From contig JBOHRW010000199.1 in the NCBI GenBank assembly GCA_050732935.1, positions 1,755 through 65,754 of the forward strand: a DNA stretch of 64,000 nt, read 5' to 3'. The position numbers were made by a program, and so were the translations under genes. The notes under the pieces were generated by a model, which worked only from the letters and a program-made list of their open reading frames with translations, was not told the DNA's origin and ran no database searches. This document shows, in pieces, positions 37,488-49,854 of this stretch. Every line of letters begins with the position of its first letter. The first letter of the stretch is position 1. This DNA comes from Gemmatimonadota bacterium. Lineage in GTDB: Bacteria > Gemmatimonadota > Gemmatimonadetes > JACCXV01 > JAHWKZ01.

Positions 37488-37904
37488 ATGAGCGACGAGA
37501 CCACGACGAGCGGATCCGATCCCCAACCCGAGCCCAGCGTCGAGGAGGAGCTCAAGACCTTGGGCCGGCGGTTCGCCGACGTGCTCCAGGCCGCCTGGAC
37601 GAGCGAGGAGCGGCACCGGGTCGAGACCGAGGTGCGGGATGGCCTGAGGCGCTTCTCGGAAGAGGTGGAGCAGCTCTACGAGCGGACTCGCGAGAGCCCG
37701 ACCGGAGAACGCGTGCGCACGAAGTTCGGGGAGGCCAAAGGACGCGCCGCCGACAGCGAAGCGGCCCGCCGCACCCGCGAGACCCTCGCTCAGGGCCTCC
37801 ATCGCCTGAGCGAGGAGCTGGCCCGCCTCGCGGATCGCTTCACGCCCGCGGAAGCCGACTCGGAGGCGGCCGAGCGTCAACCTCCAGACGACCTAGTGGA
37901 ATGA
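37488..37904 (+). CDS. Hypothetical acidic protein, 138 aa
   Basis: AGGAGGG RBS immediately upstream of the ATG. Coiled-coil-like, Glu/Arg-rich. Confidence 0.55.
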   Translation: MSDETTTSGSDPQPEPSVEEELKTLGRRFADVLQAAWTSEERHRVETEVRDGLRRFSEEVEQLYERTRESPTGERVRTKFGEAKGRAADSEAARRTRETLAQGLHRLSEELARLADRFTPAEADSEAAERQPPDDLVE

Positions 37905-37955
37905 CGGAGCTTTAGCTACGTAGGGGAACCCGGGCCGGCACCTACGATCGAGCGT

Positions 37956-40058
37956 TCAGTGCCGGATCGCCGCCCCCTCCCGCTCGCTCTCCGCCTCCTC
38001 CACGATCTTCTCCGCGATGTGGTGCGGCACCTCTTCGTAGCCGTGGAACTTCCGCGAGTGGTCCGCGCGCCCCTGGGTGATCGAGCGCAGCGTCGTCGAG
38101 TAGCGGTAGAGCTCCGCCTGCGGGACATGGGCGACCACCTTCTGCTTGCCGGTCCCGCCCGGTTCCATCCCCAGCACGCGCCCCCGGCGCTGGTTCAGGT
38201 CGCCGATCACGTCGCCCAGGTACTCGTCGGGCGTGATGACCACGATCTCCATGACCGGCTCGAGCAGCACCGGATCGCATCGATCCGCGGCCGCCTGGAA
38301 CGCCATCGAGCCGGCGATCTTGAACGCCATCTCGCTGGAGTCCACCGAATGGTAGGAACCGTCGTAGAGCTCGACGCACAGGTCCACCACCGGGTATCCG
38401 GCCAGGATTCCCTTCGACATCGCCTCCTGGATTCCCTTGTCCACGGCCGGGATGAACTTGTTGGGGACCACGCCGCCCGAGATCTGGTCGACGAACTCGT
38501 AGCCCTCGCCCCGGGCCCGAGGAATGAGACGAACCCAGCAGTCGCCGAACTGCCCGCGACCGCCGGTCTGCTTCTTGTACCGGCCCTGGGCCTCGCCCTT
38601 CCGCTTGATAGTCTCACGATAGGCGATCCGCGGTTTAAGCATGTTGGCCCTGACGTTGAACTTACGTTCCATCCTCTCGAGCACGATCTGAAGGTGGAGC
38701 TCGCCCATCCCGCGAATGATCGTCTGCCCGAGCTCGGCGTTGTACGCGTGGACGAACGTGGGGTCCTCCTCGTGGAGCCGCGACAGGGCGCTGCCGATCT
38801 TCTCCTCCTCCCCATCCCGCGTGGGCTCGATGGCGACCGCGATCACGGGCTGCGGGAAGTCGATCTTCCGCAGGACGACGGGATCGGACCGCGAGCACAG
38901 GGTATCGCCCGTGTGCGTCGCCTTGAGCTTCGGCACCACCCCGATGTCTCCCGCCGAAAGCCGGGGGATCTCGGTCCGGTCCTTGCCCTGCATGACCCCG
39001 ACATGGGCGAGCCGCTCGTCTCGATCCTGACTCGAGTTGTAGACATCCTCCCCGCCCTGGATCATGCCGCCAAAGACACGGAAGTAGGACAGCTCGCCGA
39101 CGTGCGGCTCGGTGGTCGTCTTGAAGACGAGCGCCGACAGCGGGGCTCCGCTGTCCGGCTCCAGGAATACCTTCTCGCCATTCCCGGGTCGGGTCGCGCG
39201 GATCTGCCGCCGCTCGGTCGGCGCGGGGCTCAGCTCGACCACCTTCTGGAGCAGCGAGCGGACTCCCTTGAGGTCCGCGGCCGCGCCGCAGAACACCGGG
39301 AACAGGTCGCCCTGCGCCATCCCCTTCTTCATGGCCTGGAGGACCTCCTCGCGATCGAACGCCTCACCCTCCAGATAGCGCTCGATCAGCGTATCGTCGG
39401 TCTCGGCGACGGTCTCGATCAGGGCCTGCCGCCAGCGGTCGTATGCCGGTCGGACCTCGTCCGGGATCTCGCCGATCTTGCGCTCTCCCTTGGCGTCCTC
39501 CTTGTAGAGGTGAGCCTTCTCGCTGAAGAGGTTGCACAGCCCGCGAAAGGAGGCAGCCTCTCCGATGGGGATCTCGACGGGGATGGCGCGCGGCGAGAGC
39601 GTCTCACGGATCTGGCGGAAGACGCCGTCGAAATCAGCATGCTCCTTGTCCATCATGCTGATGAAGATGAAGCGCGGCAGGTTCTCGGCGGCGGCGAACT
39701 CCCAGGCCCGCTCGGTGCCGACCTCCACACCGGCCACCGCGTTCACGACCAGGCACGCGCTGTCGGCCACCCGCAGCCCGGCCTTGACCTCGCCGACGAA
39801 ATCCAGATAGCCGGGCGTGTCGATCAGATTGACCTTGACATCCATGAACTCGGCGTAGGCGAGCGCCAGGTTGATCGAGATCTGGTGCTCGACCTCGTCG
39901 GGGGTGAAGTCGGTGAGCGAGCTGCCCTGCTCCACCGATCCCATCCGGCCGCACGAGCCGGCCAGCCAGGCCATCGCGTTGACGAGGGTGGTCTTGCCGG
40001 AAGCGCCGTGGCCGATCAGCGCGAGGTTCCGGATGCTTTCGCTATCGTACACCTTCAT
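37956..40058 (-). CDS. Elongation factor G paralog (EF-G2-like) with a divergent G1 motif
   Basis: IGHGASGKTTLVNAM (G1), DTPGYLDF (G3), full domains II-V. Not in a str operon context. The canonical AHIDAGKTT loop is replaced. Confidence 0.85.
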   Translation of the reverse strand: MKVYDSESIRNLALIGHGASGKTTLVNAMAWLAGSCGRMGSVEQGSSLTDFTPDEVEHQISINLALAYAEFMDVKVNLIDTPGYLDFVGEVKAGLRVADSACLVVNAVAGVEVGTERAWEFAAAENLPRFIFISMMDKEHADFDGVFRQIRETLSPRAIPVEIPIGEAASFRGLCNLFSEKAHLYKEDAKGERKIGEIPDEVRPAYDRWRQALIETVAETDDTLIERYLEGEAFDREEVLQAMKKGMAQGDLFPVFCGAAADLKGVRSLLQKVVELSPAPTERRQIRATRPGNGEKVFLEPDSGAPLSALVFKTTTEPHVGELSYFRVFGGMIQGGEDVYNSSQDRDERLAHVGVMQGKDRTEIPRLSAGDIGVVPKLKATHTGDTLCSRSDPVVLRKIDFPQPVIAVAIEPTRDGEEEKIGSALSRLHEEDPTFVHAYNAELGQTIIRGMGELHLQIVLERMERKFNVRANMLKPRIAYRETIKRKGEAQGRYKKQTGGRGQFGDCWVRLIPRARGEGYEFVDQISGGVVPNKFIPAVDKGIQEAMSKGILAGYPVVDLCVELYDGSYHSVDSSEMAFKIAGSMAFQAAADRCDPVLLEPVMEIVVITPDEYLGDVIGDLNQRRGRVLGMEPGGTGKQKVVAHVPQAELYRYSTTLRSITQGRADHSRKFHGYEEVPHHIAEKIVEEAESEREGAAIRH

Positions 40059-40166
40059 GCGGACTCCTCGGATCTGTGGGGTTGGGTCGCGCGGGCGGCG
40101 TAAATTGCGCTCCCGCGCCGCGGACTGTCAAAGACGCTGACCGTCGAGGCGCTCGGGCCACACCCG

Positions 40167-41612
40167 TCAACCGCCCTCCACGACGCGCTTCAGGATACGC
40201 CCGGCTAGGAAGCGCGTCTCGGGCCGGGCGTCGTTGATGAGCCCCACCTCGTCGGCCGGGATCGTCGACGGATGGCGCTGGAGGAATTCGGACAGGGTCA
40301 TGGCCTCCTGGAGGGTGACCAGGTCGATCCGGTCGGGGCGGGCCGCCAGCAGCGCGGGATCGGTCAGGGGACGGAAGGTGGAGAACGACCCTTCGACCGC
40401 GGTCGACCGCGCCCGCCACCGCTCCCGCGGACCGTAGCCCACGAGCTGATAGATCTGGCCGCGATGCTCGACGAACATCGCGAGTCCCCGCAGCACCGTG
40501 TTGTTCCGGGCGAGCGCTTCGAACTCCGTCACTCGCACCGGGAGGCCGTGGGATGTGCCGGCCGTGGAGCCGAACGTGCGGACCGAACCGCTGGCGTCGA
40601 AGCTCCGGGCGGCCGCGTCGACGTTCGGCGCCTGCGAGAGCGTCAGGACCAGGATGGCGTCCTGCTGCGGACTGGCGGCGATCACCTGCTGGCGCTGGTT
40701 CAAGGCCGTCCAGCCGGACGGGAATTCGAGCCGCAAGCGCAGCCCGGGATGGATGAACTCGCCGTTCTGGAAGAAGCCCTGTCGTGGATCCTGACCGTAC
40801 ACGAGATCGTCCAGCCGACGCACATAGGCCTCTCTCTCGACCGTCCCGACCCGCGCCCCCTCCGGCAGCGCGGCGAGCGCGTCGGAGGCGCGCTGACCAC
40901 GCTCCTCGGGGGCGGGGTGCGTCGCCAGCCAGCCCGGGACGCGCTCCGATTCCGTCATCCCGCTCGCCCGCTCGAGCTGCGCGAAGACGTCCACCATCGC
41001 GTCCGGATCGTAGCCCGCCGCGCGCAGGTAGCGCAGTCCGAGCACGTCGGACTCCCGCTCGTCATCCCGGCTGTACTTGAGGAAGAGAAGATTCAATCCC
41101 AGGTTCGCCAGATCACCGAACTGGGCGAGCTCCGGGGAGAGGATCATGCCGATCCCGAGACCGAGCCCGGCGAGCTGGGCCCGGCTGATCCGGTTGACCG
41201 CGTGGCGCGCCGTGACGTGACCGATCTCGTGGCCCAGGACCACGGCCAGCTCGGCTTCCGAGTTGAGCGTCGCGAGGAGACCCCGGGTCACGTAAATGAA
41301 TCCGCCCGGCAGCGCGAACGCGTTCACGGCCAGATCGTCGGCCACGCGGAAGGTCCACGGGAGATCCGGTCGCTCGGAGAGCGTCGCCAGCCGCTGGCCG
41401 ACGGTCTCGACGTAGCGCTGGAGCTCGGGGTCCTCGTAGACACCGATGGAGGCCTGGACGTCCTGGTCCGCCTCGCGCCCCATGGCGATCTCCTGCTCCT
41501 CCGAGATCAGGGAGAGCTCGCGCTCACCCGTGGCAGGATTCGTGGCGCACGCGGACCCGATCAGTCCGAGCGCGAGCGAGGCGGCCGTGCTATGGCGGAC
41601 GATGACGTTCAT
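40167..41612 (-). CDS. M48-family zinc metalloprotease lipoprotein (BepA/YfgC-like)
   Basis: HEIGHVTARH (HExxH). Lipobox LIGSACA. Confidence 0.85.
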   Translation of the reverse strand: MNVIVRHSTAASLALGLIGSACATNPATGERELSLISEEQEIAMGREADQDVQASIGVYEDPELQRYVETVGQRLATLSERPDLPWTFRVADDLAVNAFALPGGFIYVTRGLLATLNSEAELAVVLGHEIGHVTARHAVNRISRAQLAGLGLGIGMILSPELAQFGDLANLGLNLLFLKYSRDDERESDVLGLRYLRAAGYDPDAMVDVFAQLERASGMTESERVPGWLATHPAPEERGQRASDALAALPEGARVGTVEREAYVRRLDDLVYGQDPRQGFFQNGEFIHPGLRLRLEFPSGWTALNQRQQVIAASPQQDAILVLTLSQAPNVDAAARSFDASGSVRTFGSTAGTSHGLPVRVTEFEALARNNTVLRGLAMFVEHRGQIYQLVGYGPRERWRARSTAVEGSFSTFRPLTDPALLAARPDRIDLVTLQEAMTLSEFLQRHPSTIPADEVGLINDARPETRFLAGRILKRVVEGG

Positions 41613-41631
41613 GATCCCTCCCTCGTTCTCC

Positions 41632-42801
41632 TCACCGGGCTACGGGGCCGGTTTTCGGGACCGCCGCGGACCGGCGGCGCAGATGGTCCACCTGGAACAG
41701 GATGTCGCTGGAGGGCGGGGGGGTCGCCTCCGGTCCGCTCCAGCGGAAGCGGATCCAGCCCCCCGCGTCCACGACGAGAAGCGCCGGCAGCCGCTCGATC
41801 CCGAGCCTTCGCCGGGCCTCGACCGGATCCGGGGGCGTGAGGATCGGGAACGAGCTCGCCGGATCGGGCGCGGACGGTTCGACTCCCAGCCAGACCCCGA
41901 CCAGCTCGCCGCCACGGCGACGCAGCTCGGCGGCGAGGGAGACGAGCCGCTGCTCATAGCCGGCGCATCCGGGGCACCCGGTGCCCCAGATCGCCACCAC
42001 CGCGTGGCGCCCCGCGAGCGCGGCACCCTCGAAGGGGAAGCCCGCTCGGGTCGGATAGGGCAGGGCCGGAAGCCGCTGCGACAGAGCCCCGGTGACGAGC
42101 TCCTGGCGCCGTTCGTCCTCGACTCGCGCCCGCTCCCGGGCGCGCAGAGCGTCCAGCCCGGCGTGCGACCCTCGCAGACGTCGATAGGCGGCCTCGAGAT
42201 CAAGGGTCGCCTCGGCCCCCATCCCCCGGACCTCGGCGTCCAGGAACGCCTCCACCGCCGACCCCCATCGACCGCGCTCGGCCTGAAGCACGCCGAGGTG
42301 GAAGAAGTGGCGGGCGTACCCGCTCGTAGTGCCCCGGCTGTTGAGCTCGGCCACCGCGCTGACCAGGGCCGCCTCCGCCTGGCGGAGATCCCCCCTGCGG
42401 TAGGACGACCACCCCAGTGCGTCGAGCAGACGCCCCCTCGAAGGCCGCAACGCCCGACGCGCGTCCGGACGGGCCGGAGCCACGAGGGACGGATCCCCGA
42501 ACTCCATCCGGCCGAGCCACTCGCGGATCTCGCTCTCGAGGGCCGGAAGCGCTTCGACGGGGAGCGTGTCCGCCCGCGCCCCGAAGGCACTCGCCAGGCT
42601 GTCCATGTCGGGAATACGGATCACCGCGACCATCGGCGGGGTGATCGGGTCGGGCGTGACGACCGGTTCGGATCGACAACCGATCGAGAGCGCGACGAGG
42701 ACGAATGGTGTCGACAGGATCGTTGCGAACCCCGCCCAGGGGCACCATGTTGCCGCCCGTGAAAAGCGAGGTGAACGAATCGATGATCGAAAGCCGGCCA
42801 T
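41632..42801 (-). CDS. TlpA-like thioredoxin-fold lipoprotein with N-terminal TPR-like helical domain
   Basis: WGTGCPGC (CxxC redox motif) in the C-terminal half. N-terminal signal/lipobox VLVALSIGC. The start is uncertain; the ORF track extends to 42843. Confidence 0.6.
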   Translation of the reverse strand: MAGFRSSIRSPRFSRAATWCPWAGFATILSTPFVLVALSIGCRSEPVVTPDPITPPMVAVIRIPDMDSLASAFGARADTLPVEALPALESEIREWLGRMEFGDPSLVAPARPDARRALRPSRGRLLDALGWSSYRRGDLRQAEAALVSAVAELNSRGTTSGYARHFFHLGVLQAERGRWGSAVEAFLDAEVRGMGAEATLDLEAAYRRLRGSHAGLDALRARERARVEDERRQELVTGALSQRLPALPYPTRAGFPFEGAALAGRHAVVAIWGTGCPGCAGYEQRLVSLAAELRRRGGELVGVWLGVEPSAPDPASSFPILTPPDPVEARRRLGIERLPALLVVDAGGWIRFRWSGPEATPPPSSDILFQVDHLRRRSAAVPKTGPVAR

Positions 42802-42848
42802 CCGAGGAACGCCACGATAGCCCGTCGTCGCGGGAGAGGCCAACGCGC

Positions 42849-43769
42849 ATGCGTTCCCTGGCCCTCCTCGCGCCGCTCGCGCTGGCCATCATCACCGCCG
42901 CGCTCTGGTCCTACCGGACCCGCGATTATCGACCGGTCTTCAGCCGCGCGGCGGGGACGCTCGTCGCGGTCCGCGATTCCACAGGAGTGGGCCGCGCCTC
43001 GGACGGCAAGTCGCTGACAGACGTCACCCTGGTGAGCGACACGGGGCTGGAGGTCCGCGTACGCGTACGGGCTAGAGGCGCCCGAGACGGGATCCGGCAT
43101 CCGGCGGCCCTGATGATCGGAGGCTTCTCCACGGGACGGAGAGCGGCCGGCGTCCCCGCCACGATCGACAACCTGGTGCTCGCCAGCATCGATTATCCAT
43201 ACGACGGCCCGCATGAGCTGGAGGGCTGGGACTGGCTCTGGCACCTGGAGGATGTGCGCCAGGGTCTTCTGGGGACGCCCCCCGCCCTGTTGCTCGCCGC
43301 CCAGTATCTCTACAGCCGCGAGGACGTGGATCCCCACCGCGTCTCGATGATCGGGGTCAGCCTGGGTGTCCCCTTCGCGGTGGCCACGGCGGCCACCGAC
43401 CGGCGTCTCGCGGGAGCCATCTACCTGCACGGCGGGGGGGACATCCGGCGTCTGTACGAGCACGCCTACGGCGCACGGACGCCGGACTGGCTCACACCGA
43501 TCCTGTCGCGACTGGTGGCCTGGCTCACGGCACCGCTCGAGCCGACCCGGTACGCCGGCTCGGTGGCGCCCCGTCCCACCCTTCAGGTCAACGCCGCCGA
43601 GGATCGGTTCATCCCACGCGCCTCCGTCCTGGCGCTCTACGAGGCCACCCGTCAGCCCAAGCGTCTGATCTGGCTCGACGGGGGCCACGTCGCCACCAAC
43701 GAGGAGCCGATCGTCGACGACCTCATGCGGGTGACCCTCCAATGGATGGCGGAGACAGGCCTCCGCTGA
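42849..43769 (+). CDS. Alpha/beta hydrolase (dienelactone-hydrolase-like), membrane-anchored or secreted
   Basis: N-terminus MRSLALLAPLALAIITAALW. GVSLGVP nucleophile elbow. ATG at 42849 verified. Confidence 0.7.
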   Translation: MRSLALLAPLALAIITAALWSYRTRDYRPVFSRAAGTLVAVRDSTGVGRASDGKSLTDVTLVSDTGLEVRVRVRARGARDGIRHPAALMIGGFSTGRRAAGVPATIDNLVLASIDYPYDGPHELEGWDWLWHLEDVRQGLLGTPPALLLAAQYLYSREDVDPHRVSMIGVSLGVPFAVATAATDRRLAGAIYLHGGGDIRRLYEHAYGARTPDWLTPILSRLVAWLTAPLEPTRYAGSVAPRPTLQVNAAEDRFIPRASVLALYEATRQPKRLIWLDGGHVATNEEPIVDDLMRVTLQWMAETGLR

Positions 43770-43773
43770 CCGC

Positions 43774-44133
43774 TCACAGCGAGTCCGCTTCGCCGCCTCC
43801 CGCGTCCTCCTGCATCTCCCTTCCCGCCCGCTCGATCGTCTCGCCGGTCTCCTCCACCGCCCGGTCCACCGCCGCGCCGGTCTCCTCGGCCGCGCCCTCG
43901 ATTGCCTGTCCCGTCTCCTCCACCGCCTCCCCGACGGCCTGCCCGGTCTCTTCCACCGCCTCCTCGACCGCCCCTCGCACTTCCCGTCCGGTCGCGTCGA
44001 GGTCCTCGTCCTCGACCCGCAGGGTGTCGCCGCCGATCTCCAGGCCCTCTTCCCCCCCGCCCTCCCGACAGGCGCTTCCCCACAGGATCGAGGCCATCAG
44101 CGTCAGCACCGTCATCCACGTAGTCGTTCGCAT
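43774..44133 (-). CDS. Small acidic lipoprotein built from 11-aa tandem repeats (xAVEETGxAxx)
   Basis: Lipobox ILWGSAC. Repeats GEAVEETGQAI / EGAAEETGAAV / DRAVEETGETI encoded by a 33-bp DNA periodicity. Confidence 0.55.
   Translation of the reverse strand: MRTTTWMTVLTLMASILWGSACREGGGEEGLEIGGDTLRVEDEDLDATGREVRGAVEEAVEETGQAVGEAVEETGQAIEGAAEETGAAVDRAVEETGETIERAGREMQEDAGGGEADSL
43835..43975. repeat. Tandem 33-bp repeats, about four copies, inside the repeat-lipoprotein gene
   Basis: The ggtctcctccaccgc core recurs at 43846, 43879, 43912 and 43945 (33-nt period). Read directly from the sequence. Confidence 0.6.
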
Positions 44134-44338
44134 CGTCCCTCCATGGCTGGATCCGCTTCGCCCGCGTCCACGCTTGATGTCCTCGAAGTATCGAACCGCC
44201 CTTCGATGCCGGCAAGATGCTTGACGAGGCCTACGCAGAAGGTCCAGATTAGGAGCGGCGTGGCCGGCCGCAAGCGGTCAGCCGCTCGCGTATCGACGGG
44301 TTGTCCCCAACCAGGACCCAGAGACGGAGGTTCCACGA

Positions 44339-44554
44339 ATGCGCTTCTGGAAGATCTTACCGGCATTGACCATCGCTGCGGCCCTGACGATCGCTGCGTG
44401 CGGCCAGCAGGCGGGCGAAGAGGCCGAGACCGAGCTCACCCCGGCGGACACCGCTTTCACGACTCCGCCACCCGCCGATGTGCCCGAGGACACCATGATG
44501 ATGGGCCCCGGGGACACGATGATGATGATGGGCGACACAGCCGCCCAGATGTAG
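44339..44554 (+). CDS. Met-rich mini-lipoprotein (71 aa; C-terminal [14 protein letters not shown])
   Basis: Lipobox [16 protein letters not shown]. Met-cluster motif resembling Cu(I)/Ag(I)-binding Met motifs. Followed by a hairpin terminator. Confidence 0.5.
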   Translation: MRFWKILPALTIAAALTIAACGQQAGEEAETELTPADTAFTTPPPADVPEDTMMMGPGDTMMMMGDTAAQM

Positions 44555-44595
44555 CCATCGCGCTCCGCTACCGGAGCTCGATCAGCGTGAAGCGA

Positions 44596-44638
44596 CGCAG
44601 GCGGCCGCTCCACCCGGGCGGCCGCTTCGTTTCCCGTT
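44596..44638 (+). terminator. Hairpin built from two GCGGCCGC palindromes followed by a T-rich tract; putative intrinsic terminator or attenuator just upstream of acs
   Basis: aGGCGGCCGCtccacccGGGCGGCCGCttcgtttcccgtt, read directly from the sequence. Confidence 0.4.
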
Positions 44639-44663
44639 CGCAGAAGCTTCGCCAGGACACGAC

Positions 44664-46612
<1,949 letters not shown>

Positions 46613-46616
<4 letters not shown>

Positions 46617-47776
46617 GAGCGGGCTCTCTGGAAGAGGTCTTCGTACCGGTCGGCCATGGTTTCGATCGAGAACCGCTGCCGGATCCGGGCGCGGCCACGG
46701 CGTCCCATCTCCCGACGGCGACCCTCCGAAAGCGACAGGAGTCGCTCGACCGCCGCCGAGATCCCCCCCGCGTCCCCCGGACGGACGAGATGGCCGGTGG
46801 CTTCCTCCTCCACCGCCTCGGGCATCCCGGCGATGTCGCCGATCACGACGGGTACCTCCATCGCCAGCGCCTCGAGGGCGACGTTCGCCAGTCCCTCGGT
46901 AGACAAGACGCGCACCAGAACATCGGCGTCCTTCAGGATGGCGGGCAAGTCCTCCTGCCGCTCGAGGAACCGTATCCGCGCTCCGCCCCGGAACGTGCGC
47001 GACCGGAGGACGAGCCGCTCGCGGAAGGGACGATCCTCCGGCCGGCACGAGCCGGCGAAGACGAAGTGCAGGTCGGGATCCCGGGACACGAGGGCTCCCG
47101 CGGCGTCCACCTCGGCCTCCCGGGCACGGCCCGGCGCGTAGCGCGCGATCGAGACCACCAACGCGGCCTGGGCTGGAATCCCCAGCGTTTCGCGGAAGCG
47201 CCCCGCCGGAATCCGCGCCGGGTCGAACCGCTCGAGATCGACCCCATCGTGGATCACCTGGATCCGGTCGGCGGGCAGGTAGCCGCGCTCCACGAGGTCG
47301 GCCTTGCCGGCCTCCGAGCTGGTGACCGCCAGCGATACGAGGCGACGGTGGTACCAGCGATGTCGATGCCGCTTCCCGCCGCTCCGCAGGACCGGGTCGT
47401 CGGCCGACCAGCCGCGGTCGAGCCTCGCCACCGTCCCCGGCAGGCCCGCGAGCCGGGCGCCCGTGCCCGCGGGCACCAGGTCGAAGCGGCTGGTCGACAG
47501 GACCACCTCGTGCGACCGCCGCCGGACCACCCGGGCCACCCGAACCGCCGCAGCGACACGGGCCCCCGGACCGCGCGGCAGCGCCCACGTCGATACCGCC
47601 CCTCCCTCGACCGCCAGCTCGGCGATCGCTGATCGCGGATCGTGAGCGATCTCGATCTCGTGTCCGCGCGGAGCGAGCTGCCGGACCAGAGGCAGCAGCC
47701 AGTGCTCCGCAGACCCCGCGAAGGCGATCGCGTCGTCACCCACATCGTCGAGTGCGATGGTGATCAGGATGCGCAA
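46613..47776 (-). CDS. Glycosyltransferase family 4 (GT-B, EX7E motif)
   Basis: Typical GT4 C-terminal domain ...[39 protein letters not shown].... Confidence 0.85.
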
Positions 47777-47780
47777 GGGG

Positions 47781-48833
47781 TCAGCGATCCCGGCTGTGCC
47801 GTTCGAGCACGTCGAGCGCCGCCTCGACGACCGGCCTCGGATCCGGCTCGAGGAAGGGCTCGAGGTCGGAGCGCTTGCGGGTCGGCCAGTGACGGGCCTC
47901 GGAGCCGGCCACCGCTACGCCCGGCAGGTGGGCGGCCGGTCCGTGGATGCGCGGGTCCGAACGCCCGAAAATGGCCACCACCGGGGTCCCTACGAGGCCC
48001 GCCAGGTGCATCGGTCCGGTGTCCATCCCGACGAAGAGGTCACAGCGCGCGAGCAGGTAGGCGAGCTGTCGGATCGAGATCGGCGGAATCGCCGGGGCGT
48101 CCAGGGCTTTCGCCAGCTCGCGGGCATCCCTCTCCTCCGCGGGGCCCCAGCCGACGAGCACCGTGCCCCCCGTGCGGTCACGGATCTCGGTCAGGGCCGT
48201 CCGGAAGCGTGCCGGGTCCCACCGCTTGTGGCTCCCTTTGCCGCTTGACCCCGGATAGGCCAGGATCCATGGGCGCGAAGCGTCCGACCCATCGAGAAAG
48301 CGGTCCACCTCCCCGGTGTCGACACGCTCCAGGGCCGGCGGCAGACCCGGGAGGTCGGGGACGTCCAGCCAGTCGACGAGCGCACGATGCCGGAGATGCC
48401 GGTTGACCGTCTTCCCGGGCGGGTAGCGAAGCCCGTGGTACCACAGCCACGTCATGTTGAGCGTATGTCCCGGTCCCCAGCCGACCCGCACGGCCCGGCC
48501 TCCGGCGGCCAGCGCCCATAGTGCGCCCTTGATCATCCCCTGAAAGTCCAGCACCAGGTCGTAATCCCGATCGCGCATCCGGCGTCTCAGGGCCCGCGCT
48601 TCGGGAGCGAACGTCTGGCCCCAGCGCACCGACGGAACCACCCACAGCTGCGCGATCTGGGGGTGATCGACAAGGAGGTCGGCGGCCTTGGCCTGAACGA
48701 CCCAGTCGATCTCGGCCCCGGGAAAGCGCCGCCCGAGCCCGTTCAGCATCGGAAGCACGCGGGCCACGTCGCCGATCGCGCCCAGGCGCACGATCAGGAT
48801 CCGGTGCGGCTCGCGGTCGAGGGGTCGGAGCAC
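47781..48833 (-). CDS. Glycosyltransferase family 9 (LPS heptosyltransferase-like)
   Basis: [20 protein letters not shown]-terminal motif. [24 protein letters not shown]-terminal motif. Confidence 0.85.
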   Translation of the reverse strand: MLRPLDREPHRILIVRLGAIGDVARVLPMLNGLGRRFPGAEIDWVVQAKAADLLVDHPQIAQLWVVPSVRWGQTFAPEARALRRRMRDRDYDLVLDFQGMIKGALWALAAGGRAVRVGWGPGHTLNMTWLWYHGLRYPPGKTVNRHLRHRALVDWLDVPDLPGLPPALERVDTGEVDRFLDGSDASRPWILAYPGSSGKGSHKRWDPARFRTALTEIRDRTGGTVLVGWGPAEERDARELAKALDAPAIPPISIRQLAYLLARCDLFVGMDTGPMHLAGLVGTPVVAIFGRSDPRIHGPAAHLPGVAVAGSEARHWPTRKRSDLEPFLEPDPRPVVEAALDVLERHSRDR

Positions 48834-48913
48834 GGGTGGGAAATAGCCCCGACCCCCGGGCCCGTCAATCGGGCCCGTCCGGTGGTGCCGGGCCGCGCGC
48901 CATGTATCTTCCG

Positions 48914-49822
48914 ATGGAGATGATCCCCGACACGCCTCCCCGCGAAACCGGCACCCTCGAGGTCAAGCGCGGCCTCGCGCAGATGCTGAAGGGCGGCGTC
49001 ATCATGGACGTCGTCGAAGCGGACCAGGCGCGGATCGCCGAGGAGGCGGGCGCCGTGGCGGTGATGGCCCTCGAGCGGGTTCCCGCCGACATTCGCGCCG
49101 CCGGGGGCGTCGCCCGGATGGCGCCGGTCCGGAAGATCCGCGCGATCATGGGCGCCGTCACGATCCCGGTCATGGCCAAGTGCCGGATCGGCCACTTCGT
49201 GGAAGCGCAGATCGAGGAGGCCCTGGGTGTCGATTACGTCGACGAGTCCGAGGTTCTGACCCCCGCGGACCTGGCTTTTCACATCGACAAGCGGGCGTTC
49301 ACCGTCCCGTTCGTTTGTGGCGCGCGAAACCTGGGCGAGGCGCTGCGCCGGATCGCCGAGGGTGCCGCCATGATCCGCACAAAGGGCGAGCCCGGCACCG
49401 GGAACGTCGTCGAGGCCGTGCGGCACCTGCGGCTCATTCTGGGACAGATCCGGGACCTCACCGTGCGACCAGAGGAGGAGCTGGTCGCGGCGGCCAGGGA
49501 GCTCGGGGCGCCGCTGGCGCTCGTCCGCGAGGTCGCTGGAACGGGGCGTCTCCCGGTCGTCAACTTCGCGGCCGGCGGGATCGCCACCCCCGCCGACGCG
49601 GCGCTCATGATGCAGCTCGGCGCGGACGGCGTGTTCGTGGGCTCGGGAATCTTCAAGTCGAAGAACCCCGCGGCCTACGCCCGGGCCATCGTCCTCGCGA
49701 CCACCCACTACGAGGATCCGGACATCCTGACGCGGGTGTCGGAAGAGCTGGGCGCGGAGGCCGCGATGGTCGGTCTCGAGCGGCTCGCCGAAGCGGAGCT
49801 CATGCAGACCCGCTCGACCTGA
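48914..49822 (+). CDS. pdxS: Pyridoxal 5'-phosphate synthase lyase subunit PdxS
   Basis: [18 protein letters not shown]...[14 protein letters not shown]...[14 protein letters not shown]. Confidence 0.95.
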   Translation: MEMIPDTPPRETGTLEVKRGLAQMLKGGVIMDVVEADQARIAEEAGAVAVMALERVPADIRAAGGVARMAPVRKIRAIMGAVTIPVMAKCRIGHFVEAQIEEALGVDYVDESEVLTPADLAFHIDKRAFTVPFVCGARNLGEALRRIAEGAAMIRTKGEPGTGNVVEAVRHLRLILGQIRDLTVRPEEELVAAARELGAPLALVREVAGTGRLPVVNFAAGGIATPADAALMMQLGADGVFVGSGIFKSKNPAAYARAIVLATTHYEDPDILTRVSEELGAEAAMVGLERLAEAELMQTRST

Positions 49823-49854
49823 ACGGGCGAAGCGCCGCCCGGGATCCTCCCGAG

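Noticed and set aside
37959-40103. 714-aa plus-strand ORF
   Set aside because: Antisense to the EF-G paralog, which has unmistakable GTPase motifs.
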